Numbered from the stretch's first letter, positions 9,445 through 20,969 are shown. The stretch: 64,000 bases of DNA from Desulfatiglandales bacterium (GCA_963662465.1 OY759599.1:5152001-5216000); one strand, 5' to 3'. Made by a program: numbers and translations. The notes: generated by a model not told the origin, from the letters alone.

Positions 9445-10296
9445 CTAAACAACACGTTTGTGGTTTGTGGGACAGGTTGATTTAAAAAGGCCGGACGTCA
9501 TCCAAATGGGATCTGTCTGGGACCCATCCGTTTCAACCCCAACTTCCCATCCTTCTTTTCTAAAATGAAAATTCAAGTTTTCGCAAAAAATGTCAAAGGC
9601 CGTTTTTTCCGTATGGAAATGCCCTCCATCAAGAAGGGCAATACCGAGGGATTTCGCTTCCAGGGCAGCGTGGTGCCCCACATCCCCGGTGATGAGGACA
9701 TCCGCCCCACTCTTGGCGGCGGAAGAGATAAGGCTCCCCCCTGATCCGCCAACCACGGCAACACGCTGAACAGGCGATGCTTTTTCACCCACCAGGCGAA
9801 TATAATCGGCGCCGAGCATCGTTTCCACATCCTTTGCCAGATTGAACAAATCCGTAACCTCAGGTAGATCCCCCACTCTTCCAAGGCCGACCCCGCCCTC
9901 TTTGTCGTGAGGTTGCAGGATCTCTACATTCTCAAGACCCAAAAGATCCGCCAGGATATCATTTATCCCCCCCTTGGCAACATCCAGATTGGTGTGTGCC
10001 GTTACAACAGATATATTCCTGCATGCGGCCTGGGCCAGAATACAACCGGGATAGGCGTTAATTTCGATATGAGAAACAGATTTGAAAATCAAGGGATGGT
10101 GGGTGAAAAGGACCTGAGCCTTGGCCTCGGACGCGGCCATCAAAGCGTTAAGGGTGGGATCCAGAGACGAAAAAATATGCTTTATTTTTTGCTCTGAATC
10201 CCCGATCTGAAGACCGGGATTATCCCATGGCTCCGCCAGCCTCACAGGCGCAATGCGCTCAATCAGATGTAAAAAATCTCCCAATGTCGGTATCAT
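9445..10296 (-). CDS. Nif3-like dinuclear metal-centre protein
   Basis: WDNPGLQIG, THHPLIF, AHTNLD, GDVGHH, DGGHFHTE; start set at MIPTL (10296). Confidence 0.92.
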   Translation of the reverse strand: MIPTLGDFLHLIERIAPVRLAEPWDNPGLQIGDSEQKIKHIFSSLDPTLNALMAASEAKAQVLFTHHPLIFKSVSHIEINAYPGCILAQAACRNISVVTAHTNLDVAKGGINDILADLLGLENVEILQPHDKEGGVGLGRVGDLPEVTDLFNLAKDVETMLGADYIRLVGEKASPVQRVAVVGGSGGSLISSAAKSGADVLITGDVGHHAALEAKSLGIALLDGGHFHTEKTAFDIFCENLNFHFRKEGWEVGVETDGSQTDPIWMTSGLFKSTCPTNHKRVV

Positions 10297-10334
10297 ATCA
10301 AAACCTGCTTTTGACTCCCTATCAAAAAAAGGTA

Positions 10335-10366
10335 AAGGGCGCATCCCGCATAAGGATACGCCCTTC
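10335..10366 (-). terminator. Terminator-like hairpin after the tRNA
   Basis: AAGGGCG-C-ATCC...GGAT-A-CGCCCTT, followed on the minus strand by TACCTTTTTTT. Confidence 0.6.
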
Positions 10367-10438
10367 CTGAAATCTTCATTCCCGATTCGGGTAAAACATT
10401 TCCATGAAAACACAAAAACCGCGGGGGCTATCAATTAA

Positions 10439-10514
10439 TGGTGGGCCCACCTGGGTTCGAACCAGGGACCTACCGGTTATGAGCCGGTGGCTCTTCCAGC
10501 TGAGCTATAGGCCC
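10439..10514 (-). tRNA. tRNA with CAT anticodon, probably Ile2 (lysidine) rather than Met
   Basis: GGGCCTATAGCTCAGCTGGAAGAGCCACCGGCTCATAACCGGTAGGTCCCTGGTTCGAACCCAGGTGGGCCCACCA, 76 nt, CCA encoded; the GGGCCT acceptor stem and position after rpoD fit Ile2. Confidence 0.93.
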
Positions 10515-10649
10515 TACTTTTATACACCGTCAAACGAGGAGACCTCATCACAAGGGAAGGTCCCTGGTTTAGCGGCAACCGATCGCAGTAGCATGCGCAT
10601 CTAACAAAAATTTGTCAAGGAAAAAACGGCACAACCTTACAGACCTGCC

Positions 10650-12422
10650 TCAGTTATTCTCAATGAAGCTTTTCAACTTTCTGCTTCGGCTGGGGTGCCG
10701 CAGTTTTCTAAGGGCTTTCGCTTCTATCTGTCGAATGCGCTCTCGCGTCACGCTAAAATCCCTTCCCACTTCTTCCAGGGTATGGTCCGCCTTTTCACCA
10801 ATGCCGAACCGCATGCGAAGCACTTTTTCTTCTCGAGGCGTCAGGGTGGTCAGGACCTTCCGCGTTTGTTCGGCCAAACCAAAATTGACCACGGCATCCC
10901 CCGGTGAGAGAATATTTTTGTCTTCTATGAAATCTCCAAGATGACTGTCTTCCTCTTCCCCGATGGGCGTTTCGAGAGAAATCGGCTCCTTTGCGATTTT
11001 CAGTACCTTTCGGACTTTGTCCAATGGAAATTCCATCTTCTCGGCAATCTCTTCCGATGTGGGTTCGCGACCGTGTTCCTGAACCAGGTATCGAGATGTC
11101 CTCATGAGTTTATTGATGGTTTCGATCATATGGACCGGAATGCGGATGGTTCTGGCCTGGTCGGCAATGGCCCGGGTAATGGCCTGGCGTATCCACCAGG
11201 TGGCGTAAGTGCTGAACTTATATCCGCGCTGATACTCAAATTTGTCCACGGCCTTCATCAAACCGATATTGCCTTCCTGAATCAGATCCAGAAACATGAG
11301 CCCTCGGTTGGTATATTTTTTTGCAATGCTGACCACCAGCCTTAAATTAGCCTGAATGAGTTCCGATTTTGCCCGACTGGCATTTGCAAGGCTTCTTTCC
11401 ACCCGTTCCAATTCGGATTTCAATTCCCTGGGCGTCATGTTGGTCCGTTCTCTAACCTGTCGGATCACGCGTCGGGATTCGTCTGCCTTGTATTTTAACG
11501 CAATCAATTCGCATTTTGTCAAATTGATCGGATCAATGACATCCGTATCTTTAGTTGACTCGGGGATTTGAGCAATACACCGTTTCAAATAGGAAATCGG
11601 CTTTCCACCCGCCCGTAGCATACATTCCGCCACATCTTTCTCAGCAGCCTCCACGGTGTCCAGCAATTCCCGAAAACTTTCCAGCATATTTTCAAGCTGC
11701 CTTTTTTCCAGGCTGAATGAGCTAACGACCGACAGGATTTTTCCCTGATCTTCCCTGATTCGAGCATTCAGCGCGTTACGGGTTTCTTCCGAGCCGCAGC
11801 CTTTTGTCATTTCTCGTCGTTTATGACGAATGCTTTCATTGAGTTCCTGAATTTGATCGATCAAGTGAATGAGTGATTCTTTTTTTTCGCCCATTTGCAT
11901 GAAATTGTCGTCGTCTTCCAGGTCATTGATCACATCTTTGAGCTTGACTTCCGTTTCTTTAAGACTTTCTCCCAGCTTTATGATATGTTCCACGCCGACG
12001 CCGCAGGTCAACAAGGCTTCCAGTGCCTCCTTTTCTCCGGCCTCGATGCGTTTGGCAATTTCCACTTCTCCATCCCGCGTCAGGAGCGAAATCCGACCCA
12101 TTTCCTTCAAATACATCTTGACCGGGTCTGAAATTCGAGACGCTGAATCCGACAGGTCAAAGGAAGCGGCGTTTTTATCTTCCGGTCTGATTCGGTTTTT
12201 CTTGAGGTCCTTTCGGTTTTCAATCTTCTTTTTAGTGGTTTCATCAATGACCATGATATCCAGTTCTTCAAACATCATCATCAAGTCATCAATCTGCTCT
12301 TCCGAGGAAATGATTTCTTCAGACAGGTCGTCATTCAGTTCTTCAAAGGTCACGTAACCTTTGTTTTTGCCGGTATTGATCAACTTCTTGAGATTGACCA
12401 TGTCTGTATTTTTATCTATCAT
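10650..12422 (-). CDS. rpoD: RNA polymerase primary sigma factor
   Basis: [47 protein letters not shown]; start 12422 (SD GGAGG) or 12443. Confidence 0.98.
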   Translation of the reverse strand: MIDKNTDMVNLKKLINTGKNKGYVTFEELNDDLSEEIISSEEQIDDLMMMFEELDIMVIDETTKKKIENRKDLKKNRIRPEDKNAASFDLSDSASRISDPVKMYLKEMGRISLLTRDGEVEIAKRIEAGEKEALEALLTCGVGVEHIIKLGESLKETEVKLKDVINDLEDDDNFMQMGEKKESLIHLIDQIQELNESIRHKRREMTKGCGSEETRNALNARIREDQGKILSVVSSFSLEKRQLENMLESFRELLDTVEAAEKDVAECMLRAGGKPISYLKRCIAQIPESTKDTDVIDPINLTKCELIALKYKADESRRVIRQVRERTNMTPRELKSELERVERSLANASRAKSELIQANLRLVVSIAKKYTNRGLMFLDLIQEGNIGLMKAVDKFEYQRGYKFSTYATWWIRQAITRAIADQARTIRIPVHMIETINKLMRTSRYLVQEHGREPTSEEIAEKMEFPLDKVRKVLKIAKEPISLETPIGEEEDSHLGDFIEDKNILSPGDAVVNFGLAEQTRKVLTTLTPREEKVLRMRFGIGEKADHTLEEVGRDFSVTRERIRQIEAKALRKLRHPSRSRKLKSFIENN

Positions 12423-12439
12423 ATGGCCTCCTGAATGAT

Positions 12440-14197
12440 TCATTTTCCAAAGGGCCGTCCGGCCTGTACTTTCATTTTTAAAAGCTCGTTTATGGCCCGG
12501 GGGTCTCCCTTGGCCTTCTTGAATGAATCCGCGATGATTTTTTTCCGTGCATCTTCTCTAAAATCCCCTACGGCCTGCTTTACTTCCCGATCTGAGCAGA
12601 AAGAGGGGCGAAAGCCAAATTCCCTGAGCCATAGCCGGTCGCCATCATGTTCAAGACGTTCCTGGATGGTCTCAAAGGTTATGGCATCCGCCTTGGCGCA
12701 CCCATCAAAGATGACATCAACAATCCTCCGGATCATGGGATCGGTAATCAGGCGCCTGCAATGGCGCCCCTTCAGGTCGGCAACCGTTTCAGGGTAATGC
12801 AGCAAAAGATTGAGAAACTGAATTTCCCTAAAAGGCTTGTTAGTATTGCCGGATGCAAATTGGCCTTTTATTTCTTGTTTAAGGCGACTTTCCCCCGAGG
12901 ACTGTTTGACGCCTTTAAGTGCCGAAATAACTACGGATTCCCCAATGTTGGTTTTCTCAGACAGTCTTTTTATATAAAAAGCCACCAGCGTTTCATTGCT
13001 CACCTTCGCCAGCATGGGAAGGATTTCTTCCAGAGTGCCGACTTTGCGATCAATGTCGCCGGCGTCTTGTCCCAGCTTGTGATCAATATAAAAATCAAAC
13101 AAGGAAGGCGCCTTGTCCAGGAGCTTTGAAAAAGCTTCCGGGCCACTGGTGTTGACAAAGCTATCCGGGTCGTGGCCATTGGGCAACACAACCGCTCTTG
13201 CTGAAAGCCTTTCATTCAAAAAGATGGGCAAGGTGCGCAAGGCGGCCGCTTTTCCCGCTTCATCACCATCAAACACCACAACCGCCTCTTTGCCAATCCC
13301 TTTCAGTTTTCGAATGGGCGTCTCGGAAAGCGCGGTGCCAAGAGTTGCCACCACTTCCTTCACCCCATGTTTTCTGAGGGCCAAGCAATCCATATAGCCT
13401 TCCACCAGCACGGCACGCCCCGTTTCCCTAATGGCTTTTCGGGAAACATCAAACCCGTAAAGGCATGTGCCTTTATGAAAAAGCGGCGTTTCAGGCGTGT
13501 TAACATATTTGGGCAAGGTATCATCCAGGACTCTTCCCCCAAATCCGATGACCCGCTTTTTCTGGGTCAAATCGATTATGGGAAACATCACTCTTTCCCT
13601 GAACAGATCGTAACAGCGTCCCTTGTCGCTTTGTTTAAGGACGCCTGCCGCAACAGCCGTTTCAAGCGGTACATTTTTGCCGCGAAGAAACTGCTTCAAG
13701 CCATCCCACCCTTTAGGCGCATAGCCCAATCGAAACTCTTTTATGATTTCATTGGAGATGGACCGCCTTTTCAAATAATCGCGACCGGGTTTCCCTTTAA
13801 CCGGATGTTCCAAACCCTTTTGAAAATAGACGGCTGCCAGTTCATTGACCCTATAGAGGGTTTCCCTGTAATCCGTTTTTCTTTTTTCTTCGGGAGTTGA
13901 ATACTTTTCAGGCAGTCGTACCTGGTATCTTTCCGCCAAATCCCTTAACGCCTCGGGAAAGGTCAGGCTGTGATATTCCATCCAGAAGTCAAAGACGTCC
14001 CCACCCTTTTTGCACCCGAAGCAATGAAACATCTGTTTGTCCGGGCTGACCGTGAAAGAAGGCGTCTTTTCTCCATGAAAAGGGCATAGCCCCACAAAGT
14101 TTTTCCCTGCCTTTTTGAGCTGAACAAACTGCCCCACAACCGAAACGATGTCGGCCGCCTGCTTTATCTCCTCTTTGGCGGACTGGTAGCTTATCAT
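12440..14197 (-). CDS. dnaG: DNA primase
   Basis: [11 protein letters not shown]...HCFGC zinc finger, GFGGR, VEGYMD, FDGDEAG Toprim motifs. Confidence 0.98.
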   Translation of the reverse strand: MISYQSAKEEIKQAADIVSVVGQFVQLKKAGKNFVGLCPFHGEKTPSFTVSPDKQMFHCFGCKKGGDVFDFWMEYHSLTFPEALRDLAERYQVRLPEKYSTPEEKRKTDYRETLYRVNELAAVYFQKGLEHPVKGKPGRDYLKRRSISNEIIKEFRLGYAPKGWDGLKQFLRGKNVPLETAVAAGVLKQSDKGRCYDLFRERVMFPIIDLTQKKRVIGFGGRVLDDTLPKYVNTPETPLFHKGTCLYGFDVSRKAIRETGRAVLVEGYMDCLALRKHGVKEVVATLGTALSETPIRKLKGIGKEAVVVFDGDEAGKAAALRTLPIFLNERLSARAVVLPNGHDPDSFVNTSGPEAFSKLLDKAPSLFDFYIDHKLGQDAGDIDRKVGTLEEILPMLAKVSNETLVAFYIKRLSEKTNIGESVVISALKGVKQSSGESRLKQEIKGQFASGNTNKPFREIQFLNLLLHYPETVADLKGRHCRRLITDPMIRRIVDVIFDGCAKADAITFETIQERLEHDGDRLWLREFGFRPSFCSDREVKQAVGDFREDARKKIIADSFKKAKGDPRAINELLKMKVQAGRPFGK

Positions 14198-14538
14198 GGG
14201 TTGCTCTTTATTTGTCGCTGGCTTGTGGACACGGCAAGCAACGCGGGGGAACATGCCATATTCCTGAAAACCTTTTCCACACCCTCTTTTAAATCGCTGA
14301 AAAGCTTGCGGAGAGGCAGGCTCGCCGATCGGTGGAAATCAAGAACTCAAGGGTAAAAGAGACAGCGCATACCGCAGGTTGACCTCCTCAATTCTTTTGT
14401 TCAATGACATATGATTTCACCCCTGTGCACAATCAAAAGTTAAAAACGTTCGGCATCGTATTGCCATTATCCAAACTCCAACTCTATGACGCTTCGACCA
14501 AATGTCAAGCCCATGAGGCAATGGATTATGCGCTTTGC

Positions 14539-15264
14539 TCATCTTTGGCATGCTTTTATGGCGGCTGCCAGATCAAGACTGCCATCATAAAGCGCCCGAC
14601 CGGTGATAAGACCCATCACCCCATCGGCGAACAGGGGCATGATTTTCAATACATCATCCATTTCTGAAATACCGCCGGAAGCGATGAGCGGAATGTTCGT
14701 TGTCCTTGCCAGAGCGCCGGTCGCTTCAACGTTGCAGCCGGTTCTCATGCCGTCGCGGTTGATGTCGGTATAGATAATCGCCGCCAGGCCGTCATCCTTA
14801 AACCGTTCGGCCAGCGCCGCAGGGGTGAGATCAATCTCTTCCGTCCAGCCCTCTACGGCAATTCGGTTGTTTCGCGCATCAATGCCCAGAATGATTTGCC
14901 CGGGAAAGGAACGGCAGGCCTCCTTGACAAAATCCGGATTTTTATGAGCTACCGTGCCCAGAATCACATATTGCAACCCGAGATCAAAATAGGCGCGAAG
15001 CGTACCCATATCCCGTATGCCGCCTCCCAGTTCCACGGGAATGGGGATGGCTTCAACAATCCGCCTGATGGTTTCCCGGTTGACGGGGTTTCCACTGACC
15101 GCGCCATCCAGATCCACCAGGTGAAGCCTTTTGGCGCCGCACTCAAACCATTTTTCCGCCATCTCTTCAGGTTTGTCTGAAAAAATGGTCTCGTCGGACA
15201 TGCGCCCCTGCTTGAGCCTGACGCATTTGCCGCCTTTAATATCAATTGCCGGAATGATTAGCAC
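14539..15264 (-). CDS. hisA: ProFAR isomerase
   Basis: IIPAIDIKGGKCVRLKQG, HLVDLDGA, GGGIR, YTDINRDG, IASGG. Confidence 0.97.
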   Translation of the reverse strand: MLIIPAIDIKGGKCVRLKQGRMSDETIFSDKPEEMAEKWFECGAKRLHLVDLDGAVSGNPVNRETIRRIVEAIPIPVELGGGIRDMGTLRAYFDLGLQYVILGTVAHKNPDFVKEACRSFPGQIILGIDARNNRIAVEGWTEEIDLTPAALAERFKDDGLAAIIYTDINRDGMRTGCNVEATGALARTTNIPLIASGGISEMDDVLKIMPLFADGVMGLITGRALYDGSLDLAAAIKACQR

Positions 15265-16006
15265 TGGGTTCCCTTTCCTTTTCCTTTTTTTGGGGCGCCG
15301 GTTTTCCCGGCATTTCCGCGATCAGTTTTTCAAGACCGATATCGGCTAGTTTTTCCGCCGTCAGCCAACGCCCGGAACTCTTAACATAGGTTTCAAAATC
15401 AAAAAGATCGGCAAATAAAGACTTCTGGGTTTTATCAAAGTGGCCTCGCCATAAAATAGCCCCATTTGACGGCTGAAGCAGAACGAGATCAAATGACACA
15501 GATGCCGGACTATTCACCGCAAAATCGCGTCCCATGCGTTTCCGCCACCGGTAAATGGAACCCGTGAGAACAGCATCGGCTTCGAAGGTTTTTCCCACGG
15601 ACTGAAGCATTTCCAGTGGGGTTCTTTCCATTTTTTTATCTCTATCAATAACGCTTGCCAATACACCCTTGGCCTGACCGGGGGAAACCAGTATCCACTG
15701 TTTGTCTTTCATCAGCTTGCTGAATAAGAGTTCGTTCATTTGCTTCACCGCATCTTCAGGTACGGGTTCAGCCAGAAATGAAGTGCCGGTAATGGGGTTT
15801 TGGACAAGGTTTGCTCCCGAACCTGTTGTCATGGCAGCCTGGAAGCCCATAACCACTACTTTCTTTATTTCTTCCTGTAAACGGACCTGATTTGCGAATT
15901 GATATGCGGTGGGTTTTACATCTTTATGGCAACCCCAAATGAAAAGGGTGCAGAACAGTACTGGGAGCCATAACCTCTGAGGCTTTCGGAAAATTCTTTT
16001 ATACAT
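15242..16006 (-). CDS. Hypothetical lipoprotein (CsgG/LpoB-like alpha/beta fold suspected)
   Basis: Lipobox-like IWGC; VGKTFEADAVLTGSI and ASVSFDL...GAILW pattern. Confidence 0.65.
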   Translation of the reverse strand: MYKRIFRKPQRLWLPVLFCTLFIWGCHKDVKPTAYQFANQVRLQEEIKKVVVMGFQAAMTTGSGANLVQNPITGTSFLAEPVPEDAVKQMNELLFSKLMKDKQWILVSPGQAKGVLASVIDRDKKMERTPLEMLQSVGKTFEADAVLTGSIYRWRKRMGRDFAVNSPASVSFDLVLLQPSNGAILWRGHFDKTQKSLFADLFDFETYVKSSGRWLTAEKLADIGLEKLIAEMPGKPAPQKKEKEREPSANHSGN

Positions 16007-16055
16007 TGGGGACCTCGCCTGACAAACCGGTTTTAAGTTGGGATAAGGTAAAATA

Positions 16056-16649
16056 CTACAGAAGCCCTTTTGTGGAGGGCAATTTCCCTTTAAGCCGAAC
16101 TTCTAACTGGGTAGCCCGGTCCAGCGCTTTTCCAAATGCTTTGAAGATGGCCTCGGAAATATGGTGAGGTTCCTCCCCGGAAAGGAGATCAATATGCAGT
16201 GTGATTCCAGCGTTAAACGCCAGAGCGCGAAAAAACTCTTTGATGAGACCCAGATCGAAAGATCCTGAGGTATTCTTTTTAAAATTAACCCGATAGGCAA
16301 GAAATGGACGGTTGGAGATATCCAAGACAACCCGAACTAAAGTTTCATCCATGGGAACCGTCGCTTCCCCATAGCGCCTTATCCCTTCTTTTTCACCCAG
16401 CGCCTGTTTCAACGCCAACCCGAGGCAAATCCCCAGATCTTCCACGGTGTGGTGGTCGTCGATCTCCGTATCCCCCCGGCCCTTTAACGTCAACTGCATA
16501 AAACCGTGTGCCGCCATTAAATCCAGCATATGGTTCATGAAAGGGACCCCGGTATGCACTACGGACGGGCTTGCATCATCAAGATTAAGCTTTAGGGAAA
16601 TCTCCGTTTCTCTGGTCTTTCGCTCTATGCTCGCTTCTCTCATCATCAT
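16056..16649 (-). CDS. hisB: Imidazoleglycerol-phosphate dehydratase
   Basis: RKTRETEI, DDHHTVED, VPMDE, HHISEAIFK, PSTKGLL. Confidence 0.97.
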   Translation of the reverse strand: MMMREASIERKTRETEISLKLNLDDASPSVVHTGVPFMNHMLDLMAAHGFMQLTLKGRGDTEIDDHHTVEDLGICLGLALKQALGEKEGIRRYGEATVPMDETLVRVVLDISNRPFLAYRVNFKKNTSGSFDLGLIKEFFRALAFNAGITLHIDLLSGEEPHHISEAIFKAFGKALDRATQLEVRLKGKLPSTKGLL

Positions 16650-16927
16650 GCCATTGTTTCCATCAACTTTCAATATCCAAAGCTGCACTATAACCAAAAT
16701 TTACGAAAAGTCAAGAAATCAGGGGGTACTTTCTGTAATGTGTTGACCATTCTGTTGACCACAAAGCGGAAGAGACTCTGACCAGGAGCGAAATAGAAAA
16801 CCAGATAAAGCAAATCCTTCAATCCCTACCTGAAGAGGACCTCGGCCGGGTGCTTTCGGTTTTAAGATTCCTCTATCTACCAGGGTTGCAGTGAATGGAT
16901 GTTGGGACGTCTTCCGCCTACTCCTAA

Positions 16928-17387
16928 TCACCCATATCCCAGCATATCATCCACGCTTTTCGCCTTGATGTACTGAGCGGAATATTCCCCGACCGCCAGT
17001 TCCACAAAGTGTTTTTTGGCGCATTCTATTTTGGCCCCCTCAACATGACGAAGGTCATCCCACCACATGCTCCCCTTGGTTTCCACAACGAAGTATAGCT
17101 TTTCCTGACCATCCATTGAGACCAGTGCCGCCCAGTCAGGATTGTAGTTGCCCAGGGGCGTGGGAATCGTAAACCATGGAGGCAGTTTAGCATAGACTTT
17201 GACCGCTTCATTTTTCTCCAGGTCTTCGGCAAACCTTCGCTCTACACCGGCGGAATCATACACCACATGCTGAATAAACGGATTTTTGTGTTTTCAGCGT
17301 GTTTTTGAGATAACCGGTCAGTTCTTCTTTTTCAAAAAGCTCCTGCGCATAAAAGAAATCGTCTCTAATACGCTGGTAACGTATTCC
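16928..17387 (-). pseudogene. Type III restriction enzyme Res subunit, C-terminal fragment with a frameshift
   Basis: YAQELFEKEELTGYL...KSVY / +1 shift near 17273 / HVVYDS...YAKLPPWFTIPTPLGNYNPDWA...YFVVETKG; helicase part absent. Confidence 0.88.
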
Positions 17388-17539
17388 ATATGACTTGATA
17401 TCAAGAATTTTTGTGTCCTTTCGGCAAGCATGCACAGATGAAAAATAATTTTATTTTTTTTGAGGGTGATGCCATGCCGTGGTAAGCACGGCATCTACGC
17501 TTTAAGATGATTTATTAATTTTGAGAGGGTATTGACTGC

Positions 17540-17818
17540 CTGAAATTCCAGGGCAGCCATTTCGAATTTTATCCGGGCTTTTTGCCTTTTGTGCAAACGC
17601 TCCACGAATTCGGTCAGATGGGATTCGTTTAGATCGTTTACAGTAAGCCGCTTCCCCACTGTCCATCGGGCAAAAGAGGCAGCAACTGGACGCTTTTTCC
17701 GTAGCATCCGTTCCGCATACCCCAGAGTGCGAAGGTGTGATAGGAAGGAGTTGACATGGGTTTGACATAGGTTCGAATGCGGGTTGTTTTTCGATACGAA
17801 ATTACTGAATGTTTTCAT
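17540..17818 (-). pseudogene. Tyrosine recombinase N-terminal fragment (RIT-like)
   Basis: SD AAGGAG; HVNSFLSHLRTLGYAE...FARW; adjacent to a cluster of TTATGCCG sites. Confidence 0.6.
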
Positions 17819-17870
17819 GTGGTCTCTCCTTTCGTTTGGCGGGATTGCCAAACCGAAGATCCCACAAAAA

Positions 17871-17986
17871 TTATGCCGTGTCAGCAGCTACTTCAAGGCA
17901 CGAATAATCCCACAAAATTCTTGTAATGCGGCATAATCCGGGAGTCGGCATTATATCTGTTATGCCGCGAACGGCATAACAGATAT
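17871..17986. repeat. RIT-like terminal repeat and palindrome with T(T/A)ATGCCG motifs
   Basis: Five motif copies (17871, 17929, 17946, 17960, 17972); perfect palindrome ATATCTGTTATGCCG-CGAA-CGGCATAACAGATAT at 17953-17986. Confidence 0.75.
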
Positions 17987-19080
17987 TATTGTCGAGCGGT
18001 GCACCCGGGATCACCAGGAATCGAGTCAAGGGCGCCCAGTGTTTCATCATGTATGCAATGGCTTTGCCCAGACCTGAGTTGGGTTCCACCCTTTTTTCGT
18101 CAAGCTGCTGCTTGAACCAAGCAAACAAATCATCCATCAGGGGTTTGCTTTCAGCCTGATGAAATGCCAAACGATCCTGGGGAGACATGCTTTTATCCCT
18201 GGCAATCTCGTCGTTATGATAGGCCTTCGCGAGAATTTCGATCACATGCCGACATTCATCGGGAAAGGCGTCGACGATGTCGACAAAGTTTCTTCGGCCA
18301 TGGGTCAGGCAGTGCTCAAGAATAACCTCTAGAATTTTCGGGATGTTTCGAGAAAGAGCGTCACACATTAACTGAGGCGGGCTAAGCCCCTGAAGCCTTT
18401 TTTGGAGTAGTGCATCTATATTTTCACCGGCATAATTCCTTCCGGTAAAATACAGGACGGCCATACGATCCTCCATTTTTGATAAGATGCCGGTTGTAAA
18501 CATTCCCTTTCTGCCGTTTTCTGTTTCATCTTCTTTCATTATGCTCAGCACTTTGACGGTTGTATCGTCGATGTGAAACAGCTCTCCCTGAGCCGCCTGT
18601 TTCAATATCTCCGAATAAGCGGGATTTGCCAATGAAGATAAGCCTTCGACGAGATCTCATTGCGTTGCCGCGGGAGCCGGAACTCCCAGATTCTTCTGGA
18701 ACTGTTCCAGTCTGTTAAAAGGAAATCCATTGCTGTATCTCAGAAGGGCAATTATGGCGACAGCGGTTTCGTCATATTTCTGGTCCCCAATATCTTCGGG
18801 AGGTTTTGCCGTAAAGGTTTCCCCACACAGATTGCATCGAAGCTTTTCCAATTCGTAAATGGTTCCCTCCAAAGGAGGTGATCCCACGATTCGAATCACA
18901 ATTCCGGGTGATTTTCTGTAAACCTTACCTATTAGACATTCCGGACATGGATCGCCGTGTTTCAAACTTTCGTGATTCACTTGTATTTTCTTCGCGCCGG
19001 GATAAGCGGATACACCATTGCGACCATGCCCTTTTGGTTTTTTCTCGGGTTCCTTTTTCTTTTTACTCGATGATCAAGTT
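17980..19080 (-). pseudogene. IS66-family transposase TnpC, truncated at both ends
   Basis: KGHGRNG, CPECLIG...LRCNLCG, HIDDT, HCLTHGRRNF, PNSGLGKAIAY, LDNNIC; single in-frame TGA at 18657-18659. Confidence 0.9.
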
Positions 19081-19139
19081 TTTTATCTTGTTTTTTTTGA
19101 AATTCAATTTTTTGGTGATAAACTTGTCAAAAGTACTCA

Positions 19140-20401
19140 GCAAGGACAACATCTGAATGATAGAGACGATGTAGGCTCCGATCTACCCATGGCTCTTCCG
19201 CTCATATGTTTTTTAGATGGCATGAGACGGAAAACATCTTTGCTTTCAATAAAACCATTTCAATATTGGCGGCCAATTCGTTTTTTCATCGTAAAATAAA
19301 TGCATTACTTAATGCATCCGACCTTGAATCCACCGAACGATGCAAGGCTCGGGGAAAGGTGCCAAGGAAAAGGCCCCTGAACTCAGGCGACGCAAGGGAA
19401 GAATCAAAAAAATCAGGGTCACGGTGTTTGGCTTCAAGATATGGGTGGTTTGGGATCCGAACAGTGGCCTTCCCATCGCCATGCGTTTTGTCACTATTGA
19501 GGCCCATGATATCGCTTTGGCAGGTAAGCGAAGACTCCGAACGAGGTCATAAAGCAGACCATTGCTAACCTTTGAGAATATGTCGGGATTGTCTCCATTG
19601 CCATAGATCGCGGTTTTATGTGCGACAAGCTGTTATGGTGGCTCAATCGCAAAGGAATCATCTTTTATATTCCGGCAAAATCAAACCAAAATGTATACGA
19701 TGACGCCCTCTCGTTGGTGAAAACCGGCCTGCACGTCACAAGAGAGCGCATAAGAACCACGGGACATGGCAAAAACAGCAAGCAGGTCACTGACCCTTGG
19801 GACGTTGCAGGAATTGAGGGGTTGACCTCCGCAGGGTTTTACGGTGAACTTGGCAGCGGCAAGTCATGAAAACAAAAACGATTTTAGGCTAAATCCCATT
19901 AATGCAATAGTTGTTTTGCATGATCCATACAGGGAAAACAATCCTGATGTCAAAACGCTGGTTATTTTAACCAATGGGTCTGTCAGCAAGCCGCTGAAAG
20001 TTTACGATGGTTATGACGCTCGCAGTGAAATCGAAAACTCCCTGTTCAGAAAATCGAAACAGGGATGATTTATCAAAAGACCGCCGGAAAATAGCAAGGC
20101 CGGTTTTCTTGTCCATGCCTATCTCACCATTCTGACCATGGCGCTAACCAGGGCCTTCCGGATGATTCGGCAGGAAAAGCTTGAAGACGCAGGCGAAGAT
20201 ACGAGGATCAGAAAGTTCCGCCAAAAAGTACGGCAGGAAAACGCCAACAAATGTATCGTCTTCCACCATGCTCGCTACGCCATATTTTATCTCTATAAAA
20301 TCCTGATCCTCTGCGGCAAGACAGTTCTGAAGCCCCGTGGAGTTCCCGACAAAATCACGCGGGAAGATATTTTGCGTAAGCACGGAGCCTTGCTTAAATA
20401 A
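19140..20401 (+). pseudogene. DDE transposase (IS4-superfamily-like) with multiple frameshifts and stops
   Basis: Collinear fragments VFGFKIWVVWD, IAIDRGF, FYIPAKSN, ILTN, YDARSEIENSLFRKSKQ (YREK-like). Confidence 0.75.
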
Positions 20402-20757
20402 ACATTCCCCTCGTCCCAACCCAATCAAACTATTTGTGCCGCCTTGTTTCGCGCCCCTCCTATCCATTTTCTTTACGATTATCTGTAAGCAGCCTGCACG
20501 CATTTTCCCTGCCAAAGTCTGGACCTTCGACCAACATCCTGTATTTTCATAATAAATGTCGGCTACCCCAAGCCTCTTTAATTTTATTTCAGCATTACCC
20601 CTACGCTGGACAGAAAAACGCTCTATGCAGCATCTCTGACCTTATGGCGCACATTATAGCGCGACTTGCTTTTTGAGCTTCAGCTTATGTCGAATATCCA
20701 GTGAAGGTCCTTTTTGAAGTTTTCCCTGATCTGGAGCGACGACGATGGATGTAACGG

Positions 20758-20886
20758 ACCGATCGGGATTTTAAGGGAAAAACTGCACCTGCCAAGACAG
20801 ATAAAAAAACGGCTGTTGTAGGCGCGGGACCCGCAGGGTTGTCCGCCGCCTATTATCTGAAAGAGGCATGCGGTAACCCTGTCTGA
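20758..20886 (+). pseudogene. Fragment of a GltD-like FAD/NAD(P) oxidoreductase
   Basis: Translates to KTAVVGAGPAGLSAAYYL (GxGxxG) with no start codon or continuation. Confidence 0.7.
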
Positions 20887-20969
20887 CAGAATGAAAATAA
20901 CAAAAAACCAGGTTTTTTTTGGGTAGAATCGGTGCTTTGCGGTATTAAAAACACAGGAAATCTTTGCGC

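Noticed and set aside
14255..14400. Possible rpsU or ncRNA upstream of dnaG
   Set aside because: No S21-like frame, only weak pairing, and no recognisable RNA motif.
17474..17494. ATGCCGTG-GTAAG-CACGGCAT as the second RIT end
   Set aside because: Lacks the paired TTATGCCG layout; cannot be assigned.
17871..18632. 253-aa ORF as an intact gene
   Set aside because: Chimera of a tnpC fragment reading through into the RIT-like end.
18657..18659. In-frame TGA in tnpC as selenocysteine
   Set aside because: The position fits Trp (TGG to TGA) in a gene truncated at both ends; a nonsense mutation.
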